Shown: positions 1 through 11,900 of the stretch, one piece after another
How the letters are laid out: every line of letters starts with the position of its first letter
How positions within the stretch are numbered: position 1 is the first letter of the stretch
NCBI GenBank assembly: GCA_016714605.1
Contig: JADKDL010000027.1
Location: forward strand, 1,527 to 65,526
Origin: Bacteroidales bacterium
GTDB lineage: Bacteria > Bacteroidota > Bacteroidia > Bacteroidales > UBA1715
DNA length: 64,000 nt
Reading direction: 5' to 3'
Notes under the pieces: model-generated
What the model was told of the DNA's origin: nothing
Database searches by the model: none
What the model saw: only the letters and a program-made list of their open reading frames with translations
Translations under genes and position numbers: made by a program

Positions 1-1527
1 ACCACCTGAATTAAGATTTGTAAGTGTGGTATCTTTAGAATTAACTCTTACCGTAGCACTGCGATTTTCGCCACTTAGGTATGAAATGGTGAGTGTGTAT
101 TTTCCGGTTGCATTGGCAAAAATATCTCGTTGTTCCAAATAATTATCAGCCCTACCACCTATATAACTCGCTTTAGCGCCACCTGAGCAATTTGCATCTT
201 TCGAAGCTCTTGCCTGATTTGCAACTACTCCTGTATTCACCGTAAGGTTAAAATTGTTTAGCCAAGCATATTCAGCTTCAAATACTTCTTGCAATTTAGC
301 TTTTGTACCACCACTTTGAGCATCACCACGCCATGAGAAGGAACAGAAACGGTGGATGAGGCATCGAACGAACCAAGATTTGTTTTCGACCACAAATCGC
401 GAGCTGTAGCAGCACCTTCGAGGTTTAGGTCTGACCACTTCACTGTCATAGACGCTGTTGCAGCACTTCTATTGAAACGCAACAGCTCTTTCGAGACTTT
501 GTTTTCCATTCAAGTTTTTTGCCCAAACTTGTAAACCAGCACCATTATCTGAAATAAGGTGAGCTTGTAAGCCTGTAGTATCTTGATTAACTGCAATAAC
601 TTCAGTATTGGTAAGTATCGATTTTGTTTGAGCACTCATTTTGGTGAGATCATTACCCAACAATAGTGGCGAAGAGAGAATACACCACATACTAAATGGC
701 TTTTTATCTTCCTCGAAAGGCATACCTCGTCCTACTTCTAGCATATCCATGTCGTTATAATGACCTGGAGAACAGTAAGGAGCAAGAAAAGTGTTAAGGT
801 CTAGAATCTCCATTATGACAGACCATGTTGGCGTAGAACCCGGCACAAAATTAATATCACGAGACATTCTCCACGAATCGCCCACCTCGGTAACCCAAGT
901 ACCCGGAAATTGCCAACGACATACATTTAGGTTTACTTCTCTGCCAGTTTTTATAATAGCTTGTCTTATTGCTGTATATCGAGTTTTTTCATCAAGTTTC
1001 AGAACCAAACCACCACAGTAGTCAACTTTGTAATAATCAAAGCCCCAAGTTTTGAAAATAAGATCGCAGTCCTGCTGATCATGCTCATAAAGACCTACAC
1101 CAGCTCCCATAGTTTGTCCGCTGTATTGGTATCCGCAAGTATTTGCACCTGCATCGGAATAGAATCCTGCTTTAAGACCCTTACTGTGAATATAATCAGC
1201 AACCGGTTTCATACCATTAGGAAACTTGGTTGGATTAATTTTCAACGTACCATCGGTATTTCTTCCATAGAAGAAACCATCGTCAATATTAATGTATTGA
1301 AACCCGGCAGCAGCCAAACCAGACGATGCCATTGCATCAGCTTGACCTTTTATGACGTTTTCGCTAATATTTACACCGAATTGATTCCAGCTAGCCCAAC
1401 CCATAGCAGGGGTTTTACTCCCTGTTTGAGAAAATAAAGCATTTGTTGATATTAGTAAAAAGATTGCAGTAACATAGCACAGGTTTGTTTTAAAATTGAG
1501 TGTTTTCATAGTAATTTTTATTTCCAA
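1..1527 (-). CDS. GH27 alpha-galactosidase (melibiase-like) with a C-terminal CBM6/CBM35-like beta-sandwich module. The 3' end runs off the window start. The reading frame switches twice, near 470-510 and near 255-262.
   Basis: Signal peptide MKTLNFKTNLCYVTAIFLLISTNALFSQ. GH27 core motifs are present (GWASWNQF, YINIDDGF, KAGFYSDAG, DYYKVDYCGG). The GH27 C-terminal segment RDLWSKTNLGSF...SHGVVMLKV lies in a second frame (ORF 258..509). A third frame at 1-257 reads ...KYTLTISYLSGENRSATVRVNSKDTT, which looks like a CBM. Confidence 0.75.
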
Positions 1528-3357
1528 ATCAATTCACAAACAGCATTTACTTTAATAAGGTAGCCTTCTCCCCAATATAATTTTATTAAAGAATTGAGAA
1601 AAGAAGTATTAGATTTTAAATAAAAAGAATCCAAATTTTTAACAGCATCAACCTTTTCCCAAATACTTGAGAGAGCTTGGTCTAAATTGGCATTACCGTC
1701 TAAAGGATAGCCTATAATATTCCAACCTGCTTTTAGAGAAATTGAAGGAACAATAACAGGAACAGCTTCAAACGTCATATAGTTGAGGTTTACATAATCG
1801 GTAGCACCAATCGTGATACGAAGCACTTGAATTCCAGCTTCTAATTGAATGTCATTAACCGTTACATCTTGCCAAATCTGCCAACCGCTAGTGTTTGGAA
1901 TAGCAATATCGGAAGCAATTGGGTTTCCATTTGCTGATAAGGAAATAGTTCGTCCGGCGCCATTGCAAGCAGTTCTTAGTTTAAGGTTGTATTTACCTGC
2001 TGTTGCAATATTTACGGTATATTCCAACCATTCGCCGGCAGTTGCATAGCCTATATTATAGCCAGTACCAGCATCGGTACAATTTTCAATATCAACATCT
2101 TCATCGGTACGGAAGGCTGCACCGCCTGAATTTGTTGTTGCATTGTCGAGGTATGCAGAACCATTTCCGCCCACATCGTAGTGTTCAAATTCAATTTTAC
2201 CGGGTATAGTTTGATTAGTTCCGTTATAAGCAGCTTGAGCTGGATTTACTTTAACTACAACAGGAGCTGTAGTAGATTTGTTAGCTGAATTATCGGTAGC
2301 CACTGCGGTAATAGAATATGTACCTGCAGCAACGTTTGTCCAAGAGTAGGAGTAAGGTGAAGAGGCATCTTCACCAAGTTTGGTTGTGCCATTGTAGAAC
2401 TCTACCTTAGATATAGAACCTGTAGTAACCGTTGCTGTTGCAGAAATTGTAATAGAAGCAGGTGCTGTAAAAGCTGTGGTAGCTGTAGGAGCGGTTAAAG
2501 TAACGGTAGGTCCTGCAACCATTGGTTGTAGAGCCAACATTTTTCTCTGCATAGCGCACACCGAAAGTTCTATTTCCTGCAGAAGTAAAATGATATTGAT
2601 CTTTTCCTGGTAAGCCATTTGCAGAAATTACATAAGAATTAGGCAATACACTTGGTAATTTAGCAATTACAGGATTGTGACCAGAACATGCACCACCCTG
2701 ATTTTGGTATAATAATTCACCCGAAAGTAAAGGTGTTTTTGTAGGATCCAAACCAAGGTCGGCAATGAGGTTATCATAAACCGCTTTTACTTTGGTAGGC
2801 CATGTTTGGTCTCCAGTATTCGACTCGCCTTGATGCAATAAAATACCTTTGATAACTCCTGTTTGTTGAGCTTTCTTTGCCAATTCTAATAGCCATGCAT
2901 AAGCACTGCCGTTATATTTAGTAGGGACATTATTATATGTGTCTAGACCGGCGTATCCGGTTTTTCCGAAGAGTTCAATTTTACAACCCGGAACTGCAAC
3001 TACTACCACACCAATTTTAATGTTTGAAGGACGATTGGCTACCATAGTTCTTCCGAAATAATCGGCAGGGCCAATTCCGCCTGTACAGCCCCAAAGAGGA
3101 GGAACAGCATCATACCAATTTCCTGCTTTTTGAACAGAACAGTCTTGCGGTTTCATAAACTGAAAACGACTATCAACTGTTTTATCTTGATTTTCAATAT
3201 CTCCGGCACCAGCCATATTTGATTGTCCGAAACAAAGATATATGTGATAATTAGGGTCTTGAGCAAAAACATTTATGCTTAATAGAATTAGGCAGATGTT
3301 GAGAATTGCTCTGAAAGAATTTAAATTTTTCATTTGTTTTTTCTTAGTTATAGTCAA
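1518..3357 (-). CDS. Secreted carbohydrate esterase of the DUF303/sialate-O-acetylesterase-like family (GQSNMAG motif), followed by an Ig-like module, a CBM6 and the conserved ~75-aa C-terminal module. A frameshift sits in an A5 homopolymer near 2545-2552.
   Basis: Signal peptide plus LCFGQSNMAGAG, HQGESN and YHFTSAGNRTFGVRYAEK in ORF 2407..3357. Shifting frame at gagaaaaatg gives ...RYAEKMLALQPMVAGPTVTLTAP, continuing into ORF 1518..2618. That ORF carries the Ig-like SISKVEFYNGTTKLGEDASSPYSYSW, the CBM6 GKIEFEHYDVGG...GEWLEYTV, and ends in the KAGWN module. Confidence 0.7.
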
Positions 3358-3514
3358 AATAGAATACTTATTCTAAATATTTCAAAAGTTTAACTTTTAA
3401 AAAAAAAGGTGACGTAAAGTCACCTTTTTATGGAATTGTTTCCCCTAGTTTTCTTGATAGATATTGGGTATGTTAGAGAAACGTGTTAAAGAACATTTTT
3501 TGAAGCAAGACAAA

Positions 3515-5877
3515 TTATCTTACAATCCAGTCGAGTTCGCAAGGCACAGATACTTTTACATAATAACCTTTGCTATACTCAACATTTAAAAGAGAGTTAA
3601 GTGCTCCGGCAGATTTATCGTAAAATCCGTCGAAGTTTTTAACTACCAATACATTTTGCCAAATACTAGAAAGCGCTTTTGCAATTTCAGTACTTCCACT
3701 TATCGGACAACCAATCATATTCCAACCAGCTTTAAGTTTAATTGTTTTAGGAGCAGCATTTACTTTTATAGATACAGCAGTGCTTGTAGCAGTTTCGCCA
3801 TTATTGTCAGTAGCCACAGCGGTTAAACTATAAGTACCTGCAGCCATACCCGACCATTCGTAAGAATAGAACATATAGCATCGGTATTGAGTAGGGTAGT
3901 ACCAGCGTAGAATTTCACACTTGCAATAGTTCCGGTAGCACTTGCAGCAGTAGCTGTAATAGTAATTTTTTGGTTTGCAGTAAATTCAGCATTTGCAGCC
4001 GGAGCAGTAATACTTACTGTAGGAGGTGTAGAAGAAGATGCAAATGTCATGTAGTTTAGGTTCACATAATCTGTAGCACCAATAATAACTCTAATAACTT
4101 GAGGACCTGCTGATAGTGTAACGTCTTTAACGGTTACATCTTGCCAAATTTGCCAACCTGTAGTATTAGGAATAGCCACATTAGGAGCAACAGTAACGCC
4201 ATTTGCTTGAATATCTACAGTTCTACCATCGCCATTACAAGCAGCACGTATTACGAGGTTATATTTTCCTGCATTGGCAACATTTACAGTATATTCCAAC
4301 CATTCTCCAGCAGTAGTCCATCCAAGATTATATCCAGCTCCAGCATCGGTACAGGTTTCTAAATCAACATCTTCATCGGTACGGAAGGTTGCACCACCAG
4401 TGTTGGTAGCTTCACTATCCATGTATGCTGAACCATTACCACCAACATCGTAGTGTTCAAATTCAATTTTACCCGGTATAGCATGAACAGTACCGTTATA
4501 AGCACCTTGAGCTACGTTTACTTTTACAGCAACAGCAGCAGATGTTGTTTTATTTGCAGCGTTGTCTGTAGCAACCGCTGTTAAAGTATAAGATCCAAGA
4601 GCAACATTTGTCCAAGTATATGAATACGGAGAAGAAGCATCTTCGCCAAGTTTTGTAGTACCATTGTAGAATTCTACTTTAGAAATAGTTCCATCGGCAT
4701 CGGTAGCTGTTGCATTTATAGTAATAGAAGCAGGAGCTATGAAGGCAGCATTCGCAGTAGGAGCAGTTATTGAAACCACAGGCAATGAACCATTTGCACA
4801 ATCAGCAAAAGGACCGGGAGCTGGACAACATGCAAGACTAGGTTTGCCTGCAAAATATGACCTTAACCAAGTCATTGCTGGTCTATCACCTCCACTGGCA
4901 TACATGATTCCTGAATCTGTACCACCTGCTCCAGTTACTTTGTTGCCACCAATCCATGTAGAACCTTGAATATAACCCCATAAGGTAATACCAGCCACAT
5001 GTGGATGTTCCCAAGCAACAGGTATTAATGTAGAATAAACCTGTTGTTGTTTTGCTTCGTTCGGATCTGCAGTTGCATCAAATTCGGTAATGTGAATCGG
5101 CAAACCAGTCTGATTCCAAATCTGGTCAATACATGCTTTGAAATTAGCTGCTGTTAAATTTTCAATGCCATGTGCTTGCAAACCAACACCATCAATCAGG
5201 TTTTTCTTACCATCGGTTAGGTTCGGTGCATTTTTAATTGCATTGGCCATTGCAATATATGGAGTACGGCAATTATTCCAATTCATTTCAATATTATACT
5301 CGTTTATCAACAAAGTAGCAGTTGGAAAATATTTTCTTGCTATCTGGAAACACACTATCGCCCAACCATATTGGTTATTTTGGTCGCCTGAATTTGCAGG
5401 CTGAGCTTTATAAAGAGCTGTTAGAGCACTTTTTAAATTTGTAGCTACAGCAGTATTGATTGGTTCGTTCAATACGTCAATCATTTTCAAGCCTCCCATT
5501 GGATTGTAATGGTCTGCAACTGCTTTGAAATAAGGCTCTATAGCTGCTTGAATAGTTGCTGATGTAGCACTCGCTACCCATCCTGGTGTTTGAGCTCCCC
5601 ACATAAGGGTGTGGTATTTAAATATTCCATTATTATTTTTCGCCCAGTTAAACCCTCTATCAGACCCTGTAAAGTTATAAGACCCTCTGGTTCCCTCAAC
5701 CGATTGCCATTTAGACTCGTTTTCCATTGTCATCTGGTTCCAATTGGCAGTATAATTACTCCATACTGTACCAGCAGTAATATTGCCTAGATACTTACCT
5801 TTGCACTTCCCTATTTGTGCATTTGATGATAATCCGATAACGAATAACATCAAAAATAATATGTATAACTTCTTCAT
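3515..5877 (-). CDS. GH10 endo-1,4-beta-xylanase followed by Ig-like, CBM6 and a second Ig-like module, then the conserved C-terminal module. A frameshift lies near 3876-3890.
   Basis: Signal peptide MKKLYILFLMLFVIGLSSNAQ. GH10 motifs HTLMWGAQTPGWV, VLNEP, LLINEYNIE, GVGLQAHG, IHITEFD. CBM6 GKIEFEHYDVGG...AGEWLEYTVNV. ORF 3515..3874 continues ...YSYEWSGMAAGTYS...IKLKAGWNMIGCPI... in a different frame. Confidence 0.8.
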
Positions 5878-5941
5878 ATTTATTGTGTTTTATTATTTTT
5901 TATTGATTTTTTATTGTTTTATATAATTAGTATTACGTTTA

Positions 5942-8514
5942 TTATTTCCAAGTTAATTCACATGCAGCATTTACTTTTACAAGATATCCTTTGCCCCAAT
6001 CAAGTTTTAATAATGTATTAAACATTGTAGCTTGAGATTTATCATAGAAAGCTTCCATATTTTTTACAACCAACACATTAGACCAAATACTTGCAAGAGC
6101 AGTTTCAATATTTGTACTGCCATCAATAGGGCAACCAATTAAGTTCCAACCAGCTTTAAGTTTAATTGATAATGGTGCAGCATTTACTTTTACTGCAACA
6201 GCTGTACTTGTTGTAGTTGCGCCGCTATTATCTGTAGCTACTGCAGTAATACTGTAGCTACCAACTGCCATACCCGACCATTCATAAGAATATGGAGCAG
6301 ATTCGTCGGTGTTGAGAAGTGTTGTGCCAGCGTAGAATTTTACACTTGCAATAGTTCCGGTAGCACTTGCAGCTGTAGCCGTTATAGTAATTTTTTGATT
6401 TGTAGTAAATTCAGCATTTGCAACAGGTGCAGATATACTTACCGTAGGAGGGGTAGAGGCTGGCGCAAATGTCATGTAGTTTAGATTTACATAATCGGTA
6501 GCACCAATAGTAACTCTAATTACCTGAATTCCTGCTGTTAAAGTAACATCTTTAACGGTTACATCTTGCCATATTTGCCAACCTGTAGTATTAGGAATAG
6601 CCACATTAGGAGCAACTGTAACGCCATTAGCTTGAATATCAACCGTTCTTGCATCTCCGTTACAAGCAGCACGAAGTACGAGATTATATTTTCCGGCTGT
6701 AGTAACATTTACGGTATATTCCAACCATTCACCTGCTGTAGCATAGCCCAAATTATATCCGGTACCTACATCGGTACAGTTTTCCAAGTCAACATCTTCA
6801 TCGGTACGGAAAGCTGCACCACCCGAGTTTGTTGTTGCATTGTCGAGGTAAGCAGAGCCATTACCACCAACATCGTAGTGTTCAAATTCAATTTTACCCG
6901 GTATTGCCCATGGTGTACCGTTGTATGCGGCTTGTGCTGACTTACTTTAAAAGCGACACAAGATTGTCCAGTTTTTCCACCACTACTAGTTGCCACAGCA
7001 CAAATTGAATACGAGCCAGCGGCAACATTCGTCCAAGTATATGAATAAGGAGAAGTTAAATCTTCTCCCAAAAGCATTGTGCCATTATAAAATTCAACCT
7101 TAGTTATTGTTCCTGTTCCAACAGTTGCAGTAGCATTTATAGTAATTGAAGCAGGAGCTGTATAAGAAGCATTATTAGCAGGAGCTGTGATTGTAACTAC
7201 AGGAGCATCGGTAGTAGCTTTTCCTACAAATGTGGTAACGCTAGCAGCATCAAGAGTAACAGAAAGTGAAGTACTCGCATTTATATTTGTACCTTTTGCA
7301 ATGTTTTTTGAACCTGATGTTGTATAGTTTTCCCATGTAGTAACTTGTGTACCTGGTATAGAAATAGTTAATGTTTGTGCTGTTGTATTTTTATTAACAA
7401 CTACAATAACTACATCATTATCTTTTTTATATGCTGATACGAATACATTAGTTTTAGGATTTTTAGTAGCATCAACTCTTACGTAACCCGGACGAACCCA
7501 TTTAGAAAACTGAGCCATGCAATAGCCTCTTTTGGTAGCTGTGCCAGGAGTAGTAGAAATAGTATTTCCAGCTTTATCTTTTCCGTCATGTATCATTGCA
7601 TAGTATCTTCGTAATGGCCAGAAAACGTAGGTTTGAAAATTACCATCAACCATTGCATAGTGTATATGTTCAGCTACTTTAAGAGCATGACGAGCATCAT
7701 TTATATAATTGTCAGTCCAAATGTTTGCATCGTAATCGCTATCAGTATAAACCTCTGTCATCCAAAGTTCTTTACCTGCTCCCTTTTGCTCAAAAAGCGC
7801 GTAAGGAAAGTCTTTATATTGTGTACCATATAAATGCGTACCAAAAATCGATACTTTTGAAAGAGCTGTTGCATCGTTTAAAATTGGATCATAAACTGTT
7901 TTTCTATACTGAAAAGATTCAGGTGTCATAAGTTTACATTTTATTCTATCTGCATAGCCTTTAATGAAATCAACAGATTCTTGCGGACTCCATTCAGTCC
8001 AGTCGTGAGCATAATCAGGCTCATTCTGGGTAGAAATTGCATATAATTCAACGCCTTGACCTTTCATATAGGTAACATAGCTGTTCAAGTGGTCTGCATA
8101 TTGACCATATGTAGCCGGATTAATTCTTTTCACTCCATTTACGGTGATAAACTGACCAGCTGGTGGATTCCAAGGCGAAGCAAATACATATGCACCTTGA
8201 CCATAGGCATATTTTGCAGTTTCAATACCTTGTCCCCAATTGTTCTTATTATCAGAAACAAATGTACGAAGTACTGTAAAACCTAATTGTCCGGTTCCAT
8301 TACCAAATGCAAGTTGTCTTTCAGCAGCATTCAAATCAGAATACCACTCCGGATGGTTAATACCTCCAAAACCTCGAATCACCTGTTTTGTAGATGTTAG
8401 TGTTACCGTAGCTTGACCAAACACAAGTATGCTAGAGAGCATCGTTATAAATAGTAAAAGTCTCCTTTTCATAATTTTATTTTTAAAATTTAAATTTCTC
8501 ATTTTATTAAACAC
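5942..8514 (-). CDS. GH30 (subfamily-8-like) glucuronoxylanase/endo-xylanase followed by Ig-like, CBM6 and Ig-like modules and the conserved C-terminal module. A 1-bp frame break lies near 6935-6945.
   Basis: Signal peptide, GH30 motifs VIRGFGG and ISTQNEPD, and a beta-sandwich C-terminal domain. An Ig-like segment ITKVEFYNGTMLLGEDLTSPYSYTW follows. Past the break (agtcagcacaagcc should read AQAAYNGTPWAIPGKIEFEHYDVGG) the CBM6 and KAGWNLIGCPI tail continue in ORF 5942..6787. Confidence 0.8.
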
Positions 8515-8998
8515 GTTTATTTATTTCCCTATAAAATCTTTAGTTTTTTCTTCTTTATCAAAGTTAGTTTCGATTATATAAAAACACTTGTAGTATTTGT
8601 TTCTATTATGTACCATTTTTGTTTCGCATATATATAAGGTTTTAATAATGAGGTTTATATATATATTTTATCTGCTGAGTTTTGATGAAAATACTAAGTA
8701 AAGTAGATTTGATTTATGTATTTTTCTACTTTATTATTTTATTCAAGTAGTTTCCTTAAGCTAAATGAAATTGCCAGTCTATTGTGAAACGTAAAATTCA
8801 GTGAACAATATGGTAATTGGGTTTGTACCCAAAAATCAATAGAAATGCTAAGTTGATTCATAAGGGCTTATAAATCTTTTGAACCATTACTTTATTTAAT
8901 TTACAATTAAACCAATCTTTTTTGAGTAATGGTTTTACAGAATCTAATTTGTTACTAACGGTCTCTAATAAGTAGGATGCTAATATTTATTGAAAGAA

Positions 8999-11900
8999 CT
9001 AATTTTTCCTGAATTTTTCAGCATATTCAGTTGGTGTAATGCCATATTCTTTAATGAATATTCTAGAGAAATAGCGTGGGTCTGAGAAGCCTACATAGTC
9101 TGATACTTCAGAGATTCTGTATTTTCCGGTCATAAGCATGGTAGCTGCTTTTTGCATTTTTATATCTTTGATATAATCTTTGAGCGATTTTCCGGTTTTG
9201 GTTTTAAAAAGCCTCCATAATTGCGTACGACTCATACCTATTTGGTCTGCAACCATGTTGGTATTCAATAGTTCGTTAGAAATATTGTAATTAACAAATT
9301 CAAATATTCGCTTTATCATCTTATTATCGAAATCTTCCGGCAAATTAGAAAGACTATTTGTTTGAATATTTTCAATAATACTCTTTTTATATTCCAAAAT
9401 GGCATCAACCTTTTTCTTTAAAAAATAAGGGTCAAAAGGTTTTTCAATAATATCGCTGGCTCCATTTAAGTAAGCGTTGTCTTGTATGCTTTTTTCTTTA
9501 TGAGAAGTTATGAGAAGTATTGGAATATGTGAAGTTAAAGGATCATTTTTAATAATAGAGCAAATTTCTATGCCACTTATTTCAGGTAAATTAATATCGC
9601 TTATTATAATGTCGGGAATGATTTGTTGCGCAATATTTAATCCGTTTTTACCATCGGCAGCTTTAAATAATTTATAATTATGGTCAAAAATATTTTCAAT
9701 TGTATCTAAAACCTCTGCATTATCATCGATAATTAATATGGTAGCAATTTCTTTTTTAACATCTTCATCAGTAGCTGACGAAGATGGCAGGCTATCGTTT
9801 TTGGCAGCAATTACAACTTTCGTTTTGCCTTTGGGCAGAGAGGCGGTGAATACAGAGCCATTACCTTCGTTACTAGTAATTGTGAGCGTTCCTTGAATTT
9901 TTTTCTAAAAAACTTTTACAAATTCTTAGTCCTAGTCCGGTACCTTTCTCGTTTTCGGTTCCATAAGAAGAAAATACCGCTTCATTCCTAGAAAGAATTG
10001 TGTTAATAAGTTCATTACTCATGCCTATGCCGGAGTCTATAAATGTAGTATCAATAGTATTTTCTAGCTCTTGAATAAATACTATAATGGTTCCGTTTTG
10101 TTCTGTAAATTTAATTGCATTTGACAGAATATTTCTAAATACCATACTTGCCATTCTTGGGTCAACGAGTGCATTAGAAGAATAGTCGGTATGGGTAGTG
10201 ATTGTAATTTTTTTACGAGTAGCGTTGCTTGTCTCTAGAGAAATGGCATCGTCAAGGAGAACTTCTAGGTTTATTTCTACCGGAGAAGCTTGTAGTTTCG
10301 CATCTTCGCTTTGTACCCAATCAAGAACGGTCATCATTTGAGTGATGAGGGCGTTTACTGAATTAAGAAGGGTGGAGGTGTATTTTCTAAATTTTTCATA
10401 TTTTGAGTTATCGCTTTCTTTGTGTAGCAAAGTTGAAATACCAAGAATTCCGTTGAGTGGATTTTTAAAATCGTGTGCCAAAACACTAATTAATTGGTCT
10501 TTTGAATTTAATACCTCCTTAAGTTGTTGGTTCTTCATTTCAATAACCAATTGTTTTTCATTCAATATTTCATTTTTGTGAAACAGAGATTCTGTTCTAA
10601 TTTGCACTTGTTGTTCAAGCATTTTATTTACTTTTCTTAAAGAAGAAAAACGGTAGAATACAAAACCGGTAATAGCTAACGCAACAAAAAGTGATAAACC
10701 AAAACGAAACCAAATAGTTCGCCACCAAGGCGGCACTACAGTTATGAGTACCGAATTTATCTGACTCCAATTTCCTTTTTCTGTACAAGCTTTTACCTGA
10801 AAAGTATAAGTACCCGGTTGCAAAGCTGAGTAGTTTGCATGTCTGCTGTTTGCATCTGCTTGAATCCAGGCATCTTCCAAACCATCAAGTTTGTATGCAT
10901 ACATTATATTCCTATTATTTAGAGGATCTATGCTTGCAAAATTTATAGTAAAAGAACTTAAGTAGTGAGGTAAGGTAATCTCATTGGCGTATCCAATTGC
11001 TACAGGAAAGGGAATATCTTTACCATACAATTCACGAGGGTTTATCGGCATTCCAAATATTTTCACATCGGTGAGTACCGGAGTTTTTGCTTTATTCTTT
11101 TTCGCTATTTCTCTAGGGTTAAAGGAGAATATGCCGCCATCATCGCCAAAGTAAAGATTACCGTCGGTATCTCTGAAGAGGAGTTTGTGAAATATTTGCT
11201 GGTAACCCCGTCGGAGGCATCGAAATGAGTGAAGGTATTTTGTCTGATATCATATTTGGTTAAGACCGATGAAGTGAACCAAATATTACCATCTAAATCT
11301 GATTGTACCGATTCTATGACATTAGATTTTAAGCCGTCTTCGACTTTGAAAGCAGTGAAAATTCCGGTTTTCTTTTCAAAGCAATTAAGTCCGCCGCCGT
11401 TTGTACCTATCCAAATATTGCCGTTGCCATCATCATGCATAGATAATATAACGTTGTGGGTTATTGAATTTTTATCGTTGTTTGTTGTGTACTTTATTAT
11501 TGTTGGTTTAGGAGCCGTAGGATTTTTCACCTGAACCAAACCATTTCCAAATGTACCGAGCCACAAGGAGCCGTCTGAGTCTTCATAGAGGGTATAAATG
11601 ATGTTTTTATTTACATCGGTAGAATCTAAACTAATTATATAACGTTTGTTGTTTATATAGTCAAAACCTTCCATACCGTTGCCCCAGTGTGTTACCCAAC
11701 AAATGCCCCGCGAGTCGGAATAAATGTTTTGATGTATGGCTGCCGAGAACAATTTCTTTTTTTGTTTTGTATTGAGGTTATATTTGTAAACATCAACAGC
11801 CGAAGACAATAGTAATTCGGTTGTTGAAAAGGAATTTATAGCAAATACAGGAGTGTTTGCTATAATTGTTTGTTCTTTTGTTTTTGTATCGAAAGAGAAA

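Noticed and set aside
791-1437. Plus-strand ORFs 791..1021 and 961..1437 inside the GH27 gene. The same applies to 1849..2209, 4141..4362, 4739..4969, 5138..5404, 5590..5790, 6566..6940, 7633..8286, 10342..10581, 11229..11534, 12018..12489, 20435..20750, 24693..24920, 25611..25799, 28626..29120, 31391..32064, 33634..33855, 35295..35570, 38341..39070, 39035..39325, 39617..39883, 40791..41018, 42206..42817, 43970..44284, 44884..45651, 46083..46563, 46683..46895, 46972..47250, 47396..47578, 47804..48040, 48340..49846, 50853..51092, 51948..52226, 52555..52776, 54744..57034 and 60309..60824
   Set aside because: They are antisense or alternative-frame ORFs lying entirely within strongly supported genes. 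They are low-complexity translations without motifs.
2560-6170. The C-terminal module as a T9SS type-A or type-B sorting domain
   Set aside because: It lacks the type-A signature present in 60945..61577 and does not resemble type-B (CHU_C) tails. It is kept as an uncharacterised module.
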